Shown: positions 1 through 12,979 of the stretch, piece after piece
Position numbering within the stretch: position 1 is the stretch's first letter
Layout: each line of letters starts with the position of its first letter
Assembly: GCA_949358305.1 (NCBI GenBank)
Contig: OX442314.1
Coordinates: 32,364,001-32,428,000, forward strand
Length of the DNA: 64,000 nucleotides
Direction of reading: 5' to 3'
From: Strigamia acuminata
Taxonomy: Eukaryota
The notes under the pieces: model-generated
What the model saw: the letters and a program-made list of their open reading frames with translations, nothing else
Told to the model about the DNA's origin: nothing
Database searches by the model: none
Program-made: the position numbers and the translations under genes

Positions 1-414
1 CATTCAAACGCTGGGTCCGTTTTAACGCCTGGCAGGCGTACACAAAGTAGTTTATAGACGCCGGCTTCGTATTAACGCCGGGTTTCAAATTGGCGCCAGG
101 TAAACGCGGAAATGGCCAATTACGTATTCATAACGTTTCGGAAGTTTCGGAAATTGACGCTGCTGTAATTGTTGGCACTTCCAATCCGGGTGCCTTCACT
201 GTTTCTGATCACTTATTAGCTCAATGGGATATTTAGATTTTTGCAAAATATAAAAATAAAAATTTATTTCCAAAAAAAAATATTTTTCTGCCACTTTGTT
301 TTCCCGATAACTTATTTTTGACTATTTTTCTGGTTAAACGCCTGGCTCGAATAAACGCCTGGCTATAGGCCCAAAAAGAATTTAAATGCCTGGACGTTTA
401 AATGAGGCAGTACG
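1..414. mobile_element. Right part of a pogo/Tigger-like MITE, truncated by the window edge
   Basis: Repeated AACGCC(T/G)GG motifs and a terminus ...AGGCAGTACG resembling the TIR end of the MITE at 10643-10995. Confidence 0.4.
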
Positions 415-640
415 TTATAAAGGTGACGAGTACTCTGCCCGGCATTACTTGGCGCGGCATGAATTGGCGCGGCAAATTTTCTTGCCGCACATCCATGGTA
501 TCAACAATAGCGGCGCCGCTATTGTTGATACCCATGGTATGGGTTGGCGCGGCAATGCGTAAAGGAAGTACGGTTTCGATGATCTTGCGCGGCACGTTTG
601 TATGACGTGACGCGGCACGTCTTAATAACGTGACGCCGCG

Positions 641-687
641 ATATCTACTACTTAAGCTAATTGTATATTAGCTTAAGTAGTAGATAT
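641..687. repeat. Perfect hairpin with 20-bp arms and a 7-nt loop
   Basis: ATATCTACTACTTAAGCTAA-ttgtata-TTAGCTTAAGTAGTAGATAT. Confidence 0.9.
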
Positions 688-689
688 AT

Positions 690-1388
690 GCCCTGTTCAC
701 ACTTAAACCACTTTTGTAGAAAACCCACCAGTTTTGTAGAAAACCTGTGTTCACACTACCACAGGTTTTCTAGAACTCAAAACAAGATGGCAGACTTTTC
801 TACAACTCAAGTTGAAGAAAAGTTTTCTTAAACTTGACGTCACAACTGCAAAACACGCCCCCATTGTGTCATGTGACTGATCCTAGGAAAATCCAAAAAA
901 TAAAATGGATGCCAATTAAACTTTTAAGGCAACTTTCGGCATTAAAATAAACCACTTTCAAATGCATCAAAAAATTAATACAATACATCAAAAGATGGAG
1001 AATAAAACGATCTTTCTTTTAAAAAAAAGAACGTATTTCTAGCTCTAATGGTTCGTGAAATACGAACGGAATTGTGTTTTGTTCGTTTCGATAGAGTGGA
1101 AATAGATCGCGCACTTTCGTTTCGACCCCAAAATTGTCAACTTTTAATGTGGAAAAAAAATTAAAAATATATGTCGGTTTACTAAACTGGCATCCCTCTT
1201 TCTTTTAAAACAAAGAAGTAATTTCTATCTCTAATAGATCATTAGCTACAAGAAAAAATGCAAACCCCTACAAATCTGACATTTATACAAAACTATCCTT
1301 AAGTGTGAACAATTGATCTCAGATTTCTAGAACTTAGACTTGTAGAAGATCAGAAGTTCTAGAAAAGTGGTTTAAGTGTGAACCACGC
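690..1388. mobile_element. MITE with PIF/Harbinger-like termini, nested in the 422-1913 element
   Basis: TIRs GCCCTGTTCACACTTAAACCACTTTTGTAGAA ... TTCTAGAAAAGTGGTTTAAGTGTGAACCACGC. Confidence 0.65.
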
Positions 1389-1960
1389 AATAGATAGGAA
1401 TGATAATCAACATGACTAAACACTACCCATACAGTACAAAAATTAGTCTCGGAGGAATGTGGTAGCTAATGTACGGTCTTATTTTAACATCTTCACAGTT
1501 TTTCCTAAACTGAGGTGAATGTTAGGTGCTAGAGATCATCTAGGTGGAAGCATATCAACGGACAATAGGAAGACAACCGAGGAAAACAACTGTGTGGAAA
1601 AAAATGTGAAAGTAGTTTTGTTTTTGAGATTACAGTGCAATTAGTTTTGTTAGTGTTGTGGTCAGCTTTTTATACCGAAAAATGGAAGAAAAAAAATAAC
1701 ATGATTTTCATTGTGTTGTGTTGTAAACTGAATTGATTTTCTTAAATTCTCAGTGCCCTACACAAATGGTGGGGATTTTTCAAGTGTTCACACACAACAA
1801 AAAAAAATTCGTGCCGCGCTTCTTCATATCCACGGCTGCCGCGCCAACCCATTTCACGGGTATGAATAATAGCGGCGCCGCGGTAAGTAATGCCGCGCGT
1901 GGAATAGCGGGCCGTTATAAAGGCTAGTGCACATGCATGCGTTGTTACATCAGCTTCAAC

Positions 1961-2093
1961 CAGTGCTGGACTGACCCTGCGGGATACCGGGAATATTCCG
2001 GTGGCCTGTTGCCGCCGTGGCTCGTCCGGACTATTAATTGTGACCCGAACATCCAGATTTCCCAGTACTAAATTTATTTGCAGTCCAGCTCTG
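1961..2093. mobile_element. Short hAT-type MITE
   Basis: TIRs CAGTGCTGGACTG / CAGTCCAGCTCTG with a degenerate 8-bp flank duplication; same family as 2302-2466 and the fragment near 12252. Confidence 0.6.
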
Positions 2094-2301
2094 TCTTTAA
2101 CAAGCATGAAGTTGAAATATTTCAACTCGTGCGACTTGCGTTAAAATGCACGAAATTTCACGAAATCACAAGGTGAACTAGCCTTAACATATCTCTCTAA
2201 AATGAGAGGTCTGGTTTTTAAGCTTCAATCTGTGTCTGACTGAATTATTCCAGCTCTTCCAATGTTTCTGTACCAGGGCAGTACAGAATATAAAAGCTCT
2301 A

Positions 2302-2466
2302 CAGTGCTGGACTGGCCCGGCGGGCTTCGGGGAATTTCCCGGTGGCCTGTGGCCCGGTGACCCTTGGTGGACCCACCGTGGCCTGTCTCTGGCCTACCGT
2401 AGCCTGTCACTGTGGCCCGACCCATCCAGATTTCCCGATACTAGATTTGTACCCAGTCCAGTCCTG
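2302..2466. mobile_element. Short hAT-type MITE
   Basis: TIRs CAGTGCTGGACTGG / CCAGTCCAGTCCTG with perfect 8-bp TSD AAGCTCTA (2294-2301, 2467-2474). Confidence 0.8.
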
Positions 2467-2534
2467 AAGCTCTACAGTCTGCTAGAATTGCGGAGATTAT
2501 GTAGTTTGAAAGTGGATTATTATTTCACTTGCAG

Positions 2535-4705
2535 ATGAATCGACTATAGAACTCGATGACAGTCGAGCGCCAGTTGTTAAACCGGATTTGTCGAAAGAAA
2601 CAATTGTGCCAATTTTAAAATTATTAGGAAATAATTGCCTTCGTCATTGTGGATGGATGTTTGCGCTGTCTCTCCTTATCCTTTTCTTGGCCGCTCACAC
2701 ACTTCTAGTCTGCAAAGATATTTGGTTGTCGAAATGGTCCAACGATTGGAATAAACATGTGAAGATTAAATAATTCATTTTTAGTTTGGATTTAACTTTG
2801 AACATTTATTTTACAGGGCGAAGATGAATACTCTGGTCATTACTTAACGGCTTACAATGTTCTGTGTATATTAGGAGTCATTCTTCTGGGTGCTCTTAGT
2901 GTTGTGGCCACGGTGGCTACTAGCCGCGCCTATGATTCCATTTACAACTCCATAGTTGATGCTGCTATATCATTTAACAAGTAAGTTTTTTTTTGAGTCT
3001 TAGAAGTATGAAAGTGACATTAATTCCATTATTTTTCAGCTTCACAACTGCCAAAATTGATAAATTGATGACTGCCCTAAGAATCCATTTTGCTCAACTT
3101 GATGAAGTAGGTTGGACAATTGCAATTCAAAATACAATTGAAATTTGACGGATAATAATATTGGGAATGCATTTCGTGATACATTTTACAAAATGTTTTA
3201 TCATTTGCAAAAATAGCGCAAAAAAATGTATTATAAAATGCATTCGCGTGAAACCCAATGCATTTCAAAATATGGTCGAAACTAGACTTTGACCAATATC
3301 GATATTTTGCAGTATCGCCGATACCGATAATCGGCAACCGAATATCGGCCGATACCGATACCTGCGCCGATATTAAAATTAAAATGTCCGACCCCTCCCC
3401 CCACCCCCCCAAAATAAAAAAAATTAATTAAAATTGCGTTTATTAATTTATTTTATGTTTTAGAAACGTTTTTGAAGCAGTATATAATTTATACTGCTTC
3501 AAAAGCGTTTCTAAAACGTAACGTTTTAGTCTAAAACGATAAGTTTTAGAAACGTGGCAATATCGGTATCGGCCACGCCAAAAAATATCGGATCCGATAT
3601 CGGTGAATACCGAAATATCGACCGATCGCCGATACCGATACCGGTATCGGTCAAAGTCTAGTCGAAACTCTTTATAAGGAATCGCAAGGGACCCGAAAAA
3701 TCGATTCGTTATAACGAGAATTTGTTATATAGAAATTTTTTAACATGGTGTTTTACGGCCAGCCAACTAAACCGGCCATTTTTAGGTATTCGTTATATCG
3801 ATAATTTGTTATATTGCGATTCGTTATAAAGAGTTTCGACTGTCCTGGCAATTGATTGCAACATATTTTTAATGTATTTTTTGAACCACATGGGGTTTTT
3901 TGCTATATCATAATTTGAGAATATTTTTTTTAGAGTGTTCCAATTTTTTACCACTATGTCTGGCTTGGATTACTGTGCTCAATAATCATGTTTATAAGTT
4001 TTGGCGTCACATTATTCATTTTTCTATTGCTGTTACTGTTTGCCATGTTCATCTATGTCTTTCAACGACTGTACAATAAATTTTACCGGTACTTTCAAAC
4101 AAACAAAAATTATAAACCAAAATACTAATTGAAATTGTGATTTTTGCAGAAATATAAATGAGCTGCTATCAATATCAGCGGACGGAGTCACTTCTCATTT
4201 GACAGAGACGCTGAAAGGACTCGTTTTGATCAGATCATTCAGAACCGAAAAACACCTCAAAGAAACACTATTTAACCTTCTGGACGCAAATCAACTCATA
4301 TTTTTAATTGTAGATTCTGCGCGAAGATGGATGGAACTAATTCTTGTTAGTTTTACCTCTTAGAAATAATATATACTTCATTATACAAGAAATGTCTTTT
4401 CAGGATTTATCATTATCAATTATAATTTTTATTGTGAGTCTAGTGGCCGTTCACAGTGGAATAAATGGGTCTTTAACTCCTGGATTTATTGGCCTTGCAT
4501 TGGTTTATATATTAATGGTAAATTGTGATTAATCCAACTTTTACAAGTCGTGTGACTAATATTTTATTACAGTTGCCTATTGTCCTCAAATGGCTTATTT
4601 ATGCTTGGCCAGAAATGAGATCAAACATGCATTGTCTGCAAACATTAGAAACTCATTCACGAATGTCGCACGATAATAATGACGGCTTATTGAGTGAGTG
4701 TGCAA

Positions 4706-4762
<57 letters not shown>

Positions 4763-6552
4763 TATAAACGAAGACAGGTGCTAACGTTTCTTGATTTGTA
4801 GTTCCTGACTGGCCGCCAATTGGAAAAATTCAAGTTGAAAATTTGTTGGTGACTCCGTCGATGACTGGAGTTTCATTCTTAATTAATCCTGGTGAAAAGG
4901 TAAGCTATTGATGAGGATTTTTACAACATATTTGTGAATTTAATTTCTAATGTATTGAATTTTAGGTTGGAATCTTCCATCAAAATGGCTCCAATTTGTC
5001 TGACTTGGCCAAAATGTTTGTTCGATTAATAAATGTTCCCAAGGAATCGATTTTTATCGATGATTCTGACATTCATAAAATACTGCCCACGCTTCTTCGA
5101 TTGAGAATCGCAGTCATTTCGAGTGATGATTTAATTTTTAGCGGCACAATACGGTAGTGGAAGTATTTAAACGCAATGACTTTTTAAAACTAAATGAATA
5201 ATTACAATAGGAGTAACTTGGATATGAAAGGCTCTTTTGGCGACGAAGAGATATGGTCGGTTTTGAAAACAGTCGGTTTGAAAAATAAAATATCAAAACT
5301 CAATGGAGGACTAGGTAATTAGTCAAGCGCGGTGTTACGGTTAAATGGACACATTAAATATGAATTTGTTTTAGATTATGAATTAAACGACGATTCCAAA
5401 ATCTTTACAAACGATGAAATTCAGGTAAGGAATAGTCTAATCCTTAGGTTAGATTGACGTCAAGCTCTGAATATAGCCCCGGTGATTTTTCAAGAATATC
5501 TGTGGTTTAAAGCGTAGATTTAGCACTTTTCAAAATTGAATTAGTTCAAGGAAATTCGACCGTCATTGGTAAAGGGGATATAATTTTATCAACCATTGTA
5601 AACGAGGTTAAATGTCGAGTAAGATTGAAAAACGTCTGATTTGCGCCATAAGTCGGAGCTTTACGGTTCCAAATGTTTCCAAAATGTATAGCATTTCGCA
5701 GAATTAATTATATTAGTTTGCGGCAGGTACTTTTCCCTTACATTTATGACATTTTTTACATTATATTTAGTGTACGGTAAAAGTGGGTTGCGGTTGAAGT
5801 TTTAAGTTATAGTTATAAAATTAGAGTTAACCTTATACATGACACGTGATTACCGAAACTAGAAATGTCTCATTCACATAAAAAGAGAGAATTCCTATTT
5901 TTAACTGTTGCAATACAATGCTGCAACTTTATTATTGTGAATGGCAGCGAAAGAGGTCAATGCTAATCCAGATTTTTAGTCTGTGACGTAAATAGTGGAA
6001 AACTACCGGATTGGCTACGCTATTTTCAGTTATAGGGTACTTATAGGCTTAACGGGAGTTTTTATAAGGGAAAAGTACTTGTCGCAAACGGTGTATTATC
6101 TGTCCGTTAAATAATGCATTTCATAATACATTTTACAAAATTGATTATGCGACCTAATGGCATGTAAAAATGTATTACGAAATGCATTCTCGCGAAACCC
6201 AATGCATTTAAAAATACACTGCAATATAATTTCAATGTGCTTTTGAACCTAGTGGGTTACTTGCCCATTTCTAATTACAATAATTGGATTTATCTTTCAG
6301 CTGCTCTGCTTGGGCCGTGCTATAATTCACAGACCTAAAATCATCATCACAAATGAATTAGATGTCACACTGTTGAAAACAGTTTTTGATGTATTCCCAA
6401 CATACACCACAATTGCCCTTTCTGTGAGTAATTCAGTTTTTTATTTTCTCTCAATAGTTTCTAATTTTCTTTTTCTTTCAAAGACTGAGCAGAATTCTTT
6501 GAGTATTTGCGATCGTGTACTGGAGTTTGAATACGATCATACTCCTAATTAA
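2535..6552 (+). CDS. ABCC (MRP/SUR-like) transporter, 3' half (TMD2 plus degenerate NBD2), multi-exon; 5' part not seen in the window
   Basis: GT-AG exons join in frame and give DIWLSKWS, SHLTETLKGLVLIRSF, RRWME, GFIGLALVY, DWPPIGKI, INPGEK|VGI, IFSGTIR|SNLD, DEEIWSVL and LLCLGRAI in ABCC order; stop TAA 6550-6552. Confidence 0.8.
3272..3843. mobile_element. Tigger/pogo-like MITE whose left TIR is split by a hAT MITE
   Basis: GTCGAAACTCTTTATAA (left, resumes at 3661) pairs with TTATAAAGAGTTTCGACTG (about 3824-3842). Confidence 0.55.
3283..3660. mobile_element. hAT-type MITE with CCGATA subterminal repeats
   Basis: TIRs TAGACTTTGACC / GGTCAAAGTCTA; perfect 8-bp TSD GTCGAAAC (3275-3282, 3661-3668). 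Confidence 0.85.
4706..4764. repeat. (ATT)n microsatellite in an ABCC intron
   Basis: About 19 uninterrupted ATT units following the GTGAGT donor. Confidence 0.95.
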
Positions 6553-7018
6553 ATCACTGCAGTAATTATCTGCAACTAAGAAAAACAGTGTCTGCTTGTG
6601 GCAATTTTTTGAAATATATTTTTATTATTATACAGTATTAATTTGCTAAAAAAAAAAATATTTTTTTGTTACATCACAACCAATTTGATTGCATTTTTTT
6701 TGTAAAAACTGACTTTAGTATTGTTTTACATTAAAAAAAGTGAAATACTCGCCAAGTTAATTTCAGAGCAGTGGCAAATTTATACAGGTGTGCCTCGTTT
6801 TGATGGCGTTCGTCTACTCTCAAATTAACCAAGAAACAGCAATAATTTATATTGTTTTTTTTTTAATTTTTGAAATCGGAAAAAAATGCGGTATAAAGAT
6901 GTATTGTCACCAGATGTCACTATATCAGGGCAGTAATCACGTCTCAATTCTTCATCATGTGTCAGCTGCTGATCAAGGAGCAAAGTTGAAGAACTTACTT
7001 TTAAATTGTAGTAACACA

Positions 7019-10000
7019 ATGGATGACTTTTTTTCTTTTTCTTTTAACTCGTATCATTTCTTGTTGTTTTGTATCATTGGATTGTTAACAATATGGTACA
7101 TGTAAGTATTTGTGTAATCAGTCTAATACATAATTTAAAAACTTCCATTTACTTTATAAAGTAAATTAAAAAATGGCGATCAATTAGGTGTCCGACCTTG
7201 ACTGTGAATTTATTTGGGAAAAATTAAAATAATAATAATAATATAATAATTTAATATAATATAATATAAGAAAAAAGTTAATAAATACTTCGGGAACAAA
7301 AAGATTCTTATCATAAACTAACTGCATTTTTATTTTTATTATCAGTGCTCTTAAATATTAGAAAAAAATATAAAATGTTTTAAACAGTCACTAGTTATTT
7401 AGAATACCGGTATTGTCAATCCTGTTGGGTGAGAGCAATCCATTGGTGTCATCAAATTTGACCTTGAAGGCCATTTTCAAGGTTATTCACTTGCTAACTT
7501 TTAAACCAATCAGGTTAGAGCAAAATTTCCAATTACAAAGTTGTAGAGCAACATCAAATTAGTACTATCCAACTTATCTTAGTCATCTTAAGTTAAATGT
7601 TTTCTTTTTAAAAAGGAGACAAATCAGAAAAAAATCAGCAAAGTGAAATTTTTCATTCTTGTGATAAAATAATTATTGAGGCATTAAAAAAGAGCAGTGG
7701 TTTTTTTTGCTTACTTGCATAAATAATGCACATTTGAATACGTTTATTTAAGTAATTCAGTATTTTTGTAGTAGAAATTTAAGTTATGTCACAAGGGCTG
7801 GCTTTATTTTAGCTGATTTGTTTCCTTTTTAAAAAGAAAACATTTAACTTAAGATGACTAAGATAAGTTGGATAGTACTAACTTGATGATGCTCTACAAC
7901 TTTGTAATTGAAAGTTTTGCTCTAACCTGATTGGTTTAGAAGTTAGCAAGTGAATAACCTTGAAAATGGCCTTCAATGTCAAATTTGATGCCATTATTGG
8001 ATTGCTCTCACCAAACTTCCTATACGATCGCTTCATCAAAGTTGGCCTAGATGCAATTGCTCAGGAATTATTTTGACGGGAACAGACTTTTCTTCCACCC
8101 TGTATAATAGCAAAAATTAATTTTTTAAGATATTACACTTGGCATTTCGACTACTGGAAAAACCAAAACGTACCGGGAGTAAAACCGCAATTATTCTTCG
8201 GAACATTCAAACCAATTTGGAAATACGTAAGTTTGAAACGCCCTGAGTGGGTTGTGAACTGGATGACAGCTGTCTGACATAATTTCAGCCTATGGAAAAA
8301 CAAGACATGGATTGTATGAATAAATATGGCCACGTGCATGGGTAAGTCACTTCATGTCATCATCAGTTTTTGCTACACACATTATTATAAGCGCAACGTC
8401 GTATTTTCAGGGGTTTTATAGGTGGAAGGCCAATACTCAACGTATCTGATCCTGACTTACTAAGACAGATATTGGTGAAAGATTTCCACGCATTTCCAGA
8501 TCGCAGAGTTTTTGGGGGTATGGATAAGGAGAAATTCGTAAGAAAATGGTTAACCGTGCTGACCGGAGAAGAGTGGAAAATGGTACGGAATACACTTACG
8601 CCAACATACACTTCAGGAAAGTTGAAGCAGGTACCAATAAAAAGAACAAAAATAGACAGACAAAAACAGCAATTCATGTGTAATAATTAATTAATTAATT
8701 AATTAAAGGGGGTTTAGATAGAGTAATTTGAATATTATCAGGCCATCGTCTTCCCTCTAAAATAAGACCATGGTGTTGTATTGTATTTGAATACAACACC
8801 ATGGTATTACATTCAGCCAATATCATGTAAGTTTGTCGAAAAAGTAAAATTGTTATGGTATTTAATATTGCTGATTGTAAAAAACAAAAAAGATATATAA
8901 ATTAACAAAAACAACGATATACTGTATGTTTTAAATATTTTTATATACAAATCTGAATAAAACACCATGATGTTATAGTTGAAGTGGTGTTATATTTGAA
9001 ATTTTCAATAATGTTTTTACAAATTGCAGTTTTCAAAAAGACTCGAATACAACACCATGGTGTTATTTTCGGGGGATGATGGTAGATGGTATCAGAATGC
9101 AATTGGGTTGCCTGTGAAATGCTGTAGTTGATGTTCCTTTCGCTAAAGAAATGAATGACATTTAATGTAGATGGTGTACTTGATAGAAGAATGCACTCAG
9201 CATTTAATGGATTCTTTGAAAAATAAAGCAGAACTTGGCGAGCCGATAGAGTTCACAAGGTATGCACTGTGTTCATTGGAATTTAAAGCTATAATAATTG
9301 TGTTTTGCATATTTTAGGTTGTTTGCAGTATTAACATTAGATGTGATTGCAAGTTGTGCATTTGGAATGAAAAGCGACTGCATTAATAACCCACAAAATG
9401 AATTTGTTGTTCAAGCGCAAAAAGCTTTTCGAGTAAATCCTGCACTGATATATTTTATTAGTAAGTAAAGCGATCATTTTTTGTTTTTACGTATTTGTTA
9501 TTTGTGAAAGAAATGATAGTCCTAACTCTTCTCAACTTTTCAGATGTTATGCCAGTCCTGATGAAATGCATTCCAAAATTTTTGCTACCAAATGCATTTA
9601 AATACTTTGAGAAAATTGCAGATCAAACAGTTGATATGAGACTTAACCATAAAGATGTAAAAAAAAAATATCGACTCGTTTGAGGTTTTAAATTTTGAAA
9701 TCTTTTTGTGTGGACATCCATGAAGAAATATCGATTTAAAATTTAAAACATACAAAAAGATACTCGATGAGAAAAACTTTAGTGTTGAAATGACAAAGCA
9801 AACATTAATTCAACTATTTATTTATTTCACCAGTTTACAAGAAGGGACTTTCTGCAAATAATGCTAGAAGCTGAGGTACCAACTGATGAAACTAATAAAA
9901 CTCAAGAAAATGAAAATCAACAAACTGACTCTAAAAAAAGTGATAAATTTTAAAACTAACATCCAATTCATATCATAGCAAATACTTGTATTCATCACAG

Positions 10001-12017
10001 CACTAACAAGAGAAGTCATCATTGCACAAACAGTGCTATTTATACTAGCTGGCCATGAAACAACAGCAAATACACTCAATCTTCTTGCTTATGAACTTGC
10101 CTCGAATCAAGACATTCAAGAGAAATTAGTAAAAGAAGTGGATGATGTATTTACAGACTGCAAGGTAAAAGTTCAAGATTAAAATTTCCCCAAAATAGAT
10201 ACCATAATTATTATTAGATCTGACGTAATTCAGTGTGTAGTGACCCTAGTGGTCACTAGTGAAGCAACAGAAAAAGTCTGTAAAATAATATTTTGATTTA
10301 TTACATTTTAGTTTGAGTTTTTTATGCTTCCTGTCTACAGGCAAGAGAGCTGAGCAGAGTGGGAGGAAATGTGGGTGGTTGCCAGGGTAACCAGCCCACA
10401 AGCCTCCAAACAGGAAATGAGTCCTGAGAGGAGTGAGAACTCCTCAGTATGAACCAGAACTTTGCCAGAGACACAACACAAAATAACTAGAACCATTTCA
10501 GTATTTTGTGAACCCTCAGTGAAGTTTTCGTACTCATTCTTGCTGTTGTACAGTTACAACAGTGAGATATTTCGGTCTTGCCGCATAATTCACGTGCGGT
10601 GATACAATATTGCAGTATTTTGCTATTTATAATTGAATATAGCCGTACTGCCTTGAACAATGGCCCGGGCGTTTAATTTTTTTTTCGACTTGTCCGCCAG
10701 GCGCTAATTCAAAACCAGGCAATTATTTAAGCTAGGCCTCTATCCAAAAAAAAAGTTGCTGACTCCGAACGTTTCGTCGTTTGTTGAGGTTTCGTCCGTC
10801 GAAGTTTCCTCCAAAAGGCTACTAAAAACCGTTTTTAATAACAGTTTTTAAAGTATTTTCCGGTTAACCTGGCGTTTAAACGCGCCCGGCGTTTATTTGA
10901 GGCCGGCGCTTATTGGTCTTTCGAGTGGCGGTTGCCTGGCGCTTAATCAAGAGCCGGCGCTTAATTGCGCCCGGCCATTGTTCAAGGCAGTACGGTAGAT
11001 AAAAAAATCTTTAATATCAAAGATGTGTACGAAACCAAATAATATGTGAAAAAACAATGTTATGTCAACCAACGGTCCATTGCACAACCACAAATAAGAC
11101 AGCCCCAATCTTTATTATCCTGACACAGCTTTTCTAAATTCGAAACGTTGCTCCAGTCTGCAGTTTAGTTAAAATAAGATGTCAGACTTGTTTATTTTAT
11201 GTTTACCGGGCCAACCGTTACTAAGGGGAAAATACGGAAGCTGTATAGTGACATTCGCAATTACATTCTTCCCAAAATTAACTATTAGCAGAAATCATAC
11301 TATAAAGTTATAAGAGGAATTTGTTGTAGGGTAAACTAACATATGACGCTGTATCATCAATGCAATTCTTGGACATGGCTATATCGGAAACTTTACGAAA
11401 ATATCCTCCGGTTGTCAGGTGATAAACCTTAATGTCCAAATTGTTTTCTGGATAAAAAAATATCTCTACGATGAACGGTCACGTATTTTTAGGACTGATA
11501 GACTCTGCGTTGAAGATGAATACAACTTGGATGGAATTATACTACGCAAAGGGGTAATGATTTCCATACCTATATACGCCATCCATCACAATCCAGAATT
11601 TTATCCTGATCCACAAATATTTAATCCTGAAAGGTGATTTTATATTGATGGAAATAAATACATCTTTATAATACATCTATTTTTTTGATTGTCATTTTGA
11701 TTTGGATTAGGTTTTCTGCAGAAAACAAAGCCAAGCGCAATCCTTTTACGTATCTTCCATTTGGAATTGGACCCAGAAGCTGCATTGCCACCAGATTTGC
11801 TTTAATGGAGCTCAAACTTGTCATGGCACATATGTTGTACAATTATCGCTTACAGACTTGTCCAGAAACTGAAGTATGTTGCACCTGTATGAATATTTCT
11901 TAGTTTAACGTTTGATTTTAGTTTCCAGTGAACTTTGAGTCAGGAAGGGGTCTATTACAGCCAAAGTCAGTGAAGCTTACACTTCAGATAAGAATCGACC
12001 AACCACATTTTAATTAA
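7019..12017 (+). CDS. Cytochrome P450, CYP3 clan (CYP3/6/9-like), copy 1, multi-exon
   Basis: ATG 7019 with a hydrophobic anchor, WKMVR (WxxxR), TSGKLK, AGHETT, ETLRKYP, PERF and heme motif PFGIGPRSCIA; GT-AG exons; stop 12015-12017. Confidence 0.93.
7427..8104. mobile_element. Tc1/mariner-type MITE remnant with a ~200-bp internal inverted repeat, in CYP copy 1 intron 1
   Basis: About 7427-7628 is the inverse of about 7812-8011; ends CACCCTGTA; absent from the same intron of copy 2. Confidence 0.7.
8743..9082. mobile_element. MITE in a CYP copy 1 intron
   Basis: Imperfect TIRs CCATCGTCTTCCCTCTAAAATAAGACCATGGTGTTGTATT / AATACAACACCATGGTGTTATTTTCGGGGGATGATGG; absent in copy 2. Confidence 0.7.
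10236..10606. mobile_element. Insertion specific to CYP copy 1, possible solo LTR
   Basis: TGTA...TACA termini and absent from the copy 2 intron; no clear TSD. Confidence 0.4.
10643..10995. mobile_element. pogo/Tigger-like MITE
   Basis: TIRs CCGTACTGCCTTGAACAATGGCC / GGCCATTGTTCAAGGCAGTACGG followed by TA; absent in copy 2. Confidence 0.8.
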
Positions 12018-12337
12018 ACTTTAAAATTACATGTAGCTGGCATTATAATGTATAATGTATCGATATTTAAATAAATAATAGACCAAGCAAGCTCAAAACT
12101 TACACCAAATTGACTTCCCGCCGGGCCCTTTTCTAATAAAAAGAAAAAGAAAAAAAGAAAAAGCGATGATTCAGCGACTATTCATTGTGGACACGTAATA
12201 TAAGTAATCGCGTGGCCAACTCATCGGGGCGACAATTGGGTCTTTTTGAATCAGGGCTGGACTGGGTACAAATTTAGTACCGGGTAATCTGGATGGGACG
12301 GGCCACAGACGTGCTACGATGGGCCCGCCGGAGAGCG

Positions 12338-12450
12338 AATTTGGATGATCGACAATCATACACGAGATATTGTTTTAAACTTGCAAACGCGAGTATTTAT
12401 TGGGAGGCGAGAAAACAGCGGACCGTGGCAACCTCATCAACTGAAGTATC
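12338..12450 (+). pseudogene. Ty1/Copia RNase H relic
   Basis: DDRQSYTRYCFKLANASIYWEARKQRTVATSSTE matches the Copia DRxSxxG...W.S.KQ..VA.SS.E pattern. Confidence 0.65.
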
Positions 12451-12979
12451 GAAGGAAGCCATTTACGTGAAAATTGTTGTGAGTGTTCGGAAGGACGTCA
12501 CATGGTCAGGGGAGGGCCACGAGACGCTGGACACAACGCACACGATAAGATTTGCCACGAAATACACAGGAGACACAGGTTTAGTTTAGTATTAGCTTTA
12601 TTGTTGTCTGGGGGTATGATACAGTGTCTCATGGTGCATTTCCCAATGCATGGCTGCATGGCACGGCAATTGGCCGTAGTCAGTTTGGGAGACGGTCGGA
12701 ATACGCCCATTCGCCTTGCTAGCTATTCAACAACTTGTGGGCTGCTGCAGGGCCCACCCACTTCTCTCAAATTAATTAATTAATATACAGCCATTTATAT
12801 TATTTGTCTTTATTTTTGAAATCGCAAAAAAATGCGGTATAAAAGATATATTGTCACCAGATGTCACTATATCAGGGTAGTGATTACACCTACGGTAAAT
12901 ACTTTTTTTTATCATTTGTCAGCTGATCTAGTCTTGGTGGAGCAAAGTTGAAGAAGTCACTTTAAATTCTAGTAACACA

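Larger units (their letters stand above)
422..1913. mobile_element. Non-autonomous DNA transposon with GC-rich subterminal inverted repeats
   Basis: About 510-553 is an imperfect inverted copy of about 1829-1880. CGTTATAAAGG occurs at both 413-423 and 1913-1923 and contains a candidate 8-9 bp TSD. Confidence 0.5.

Noticed and set aside
4525..4767. Poly-tyrosine protein
   Set aside because: Read-through of an ABCC exon into an intronic (ATT)n microsatellite
11755..11795. Heme motif ending CIA instead of CIG as inactivating
   Set aside because: The Cys ligand is intact in both copies, and Ala at this position occurs in functional P450s
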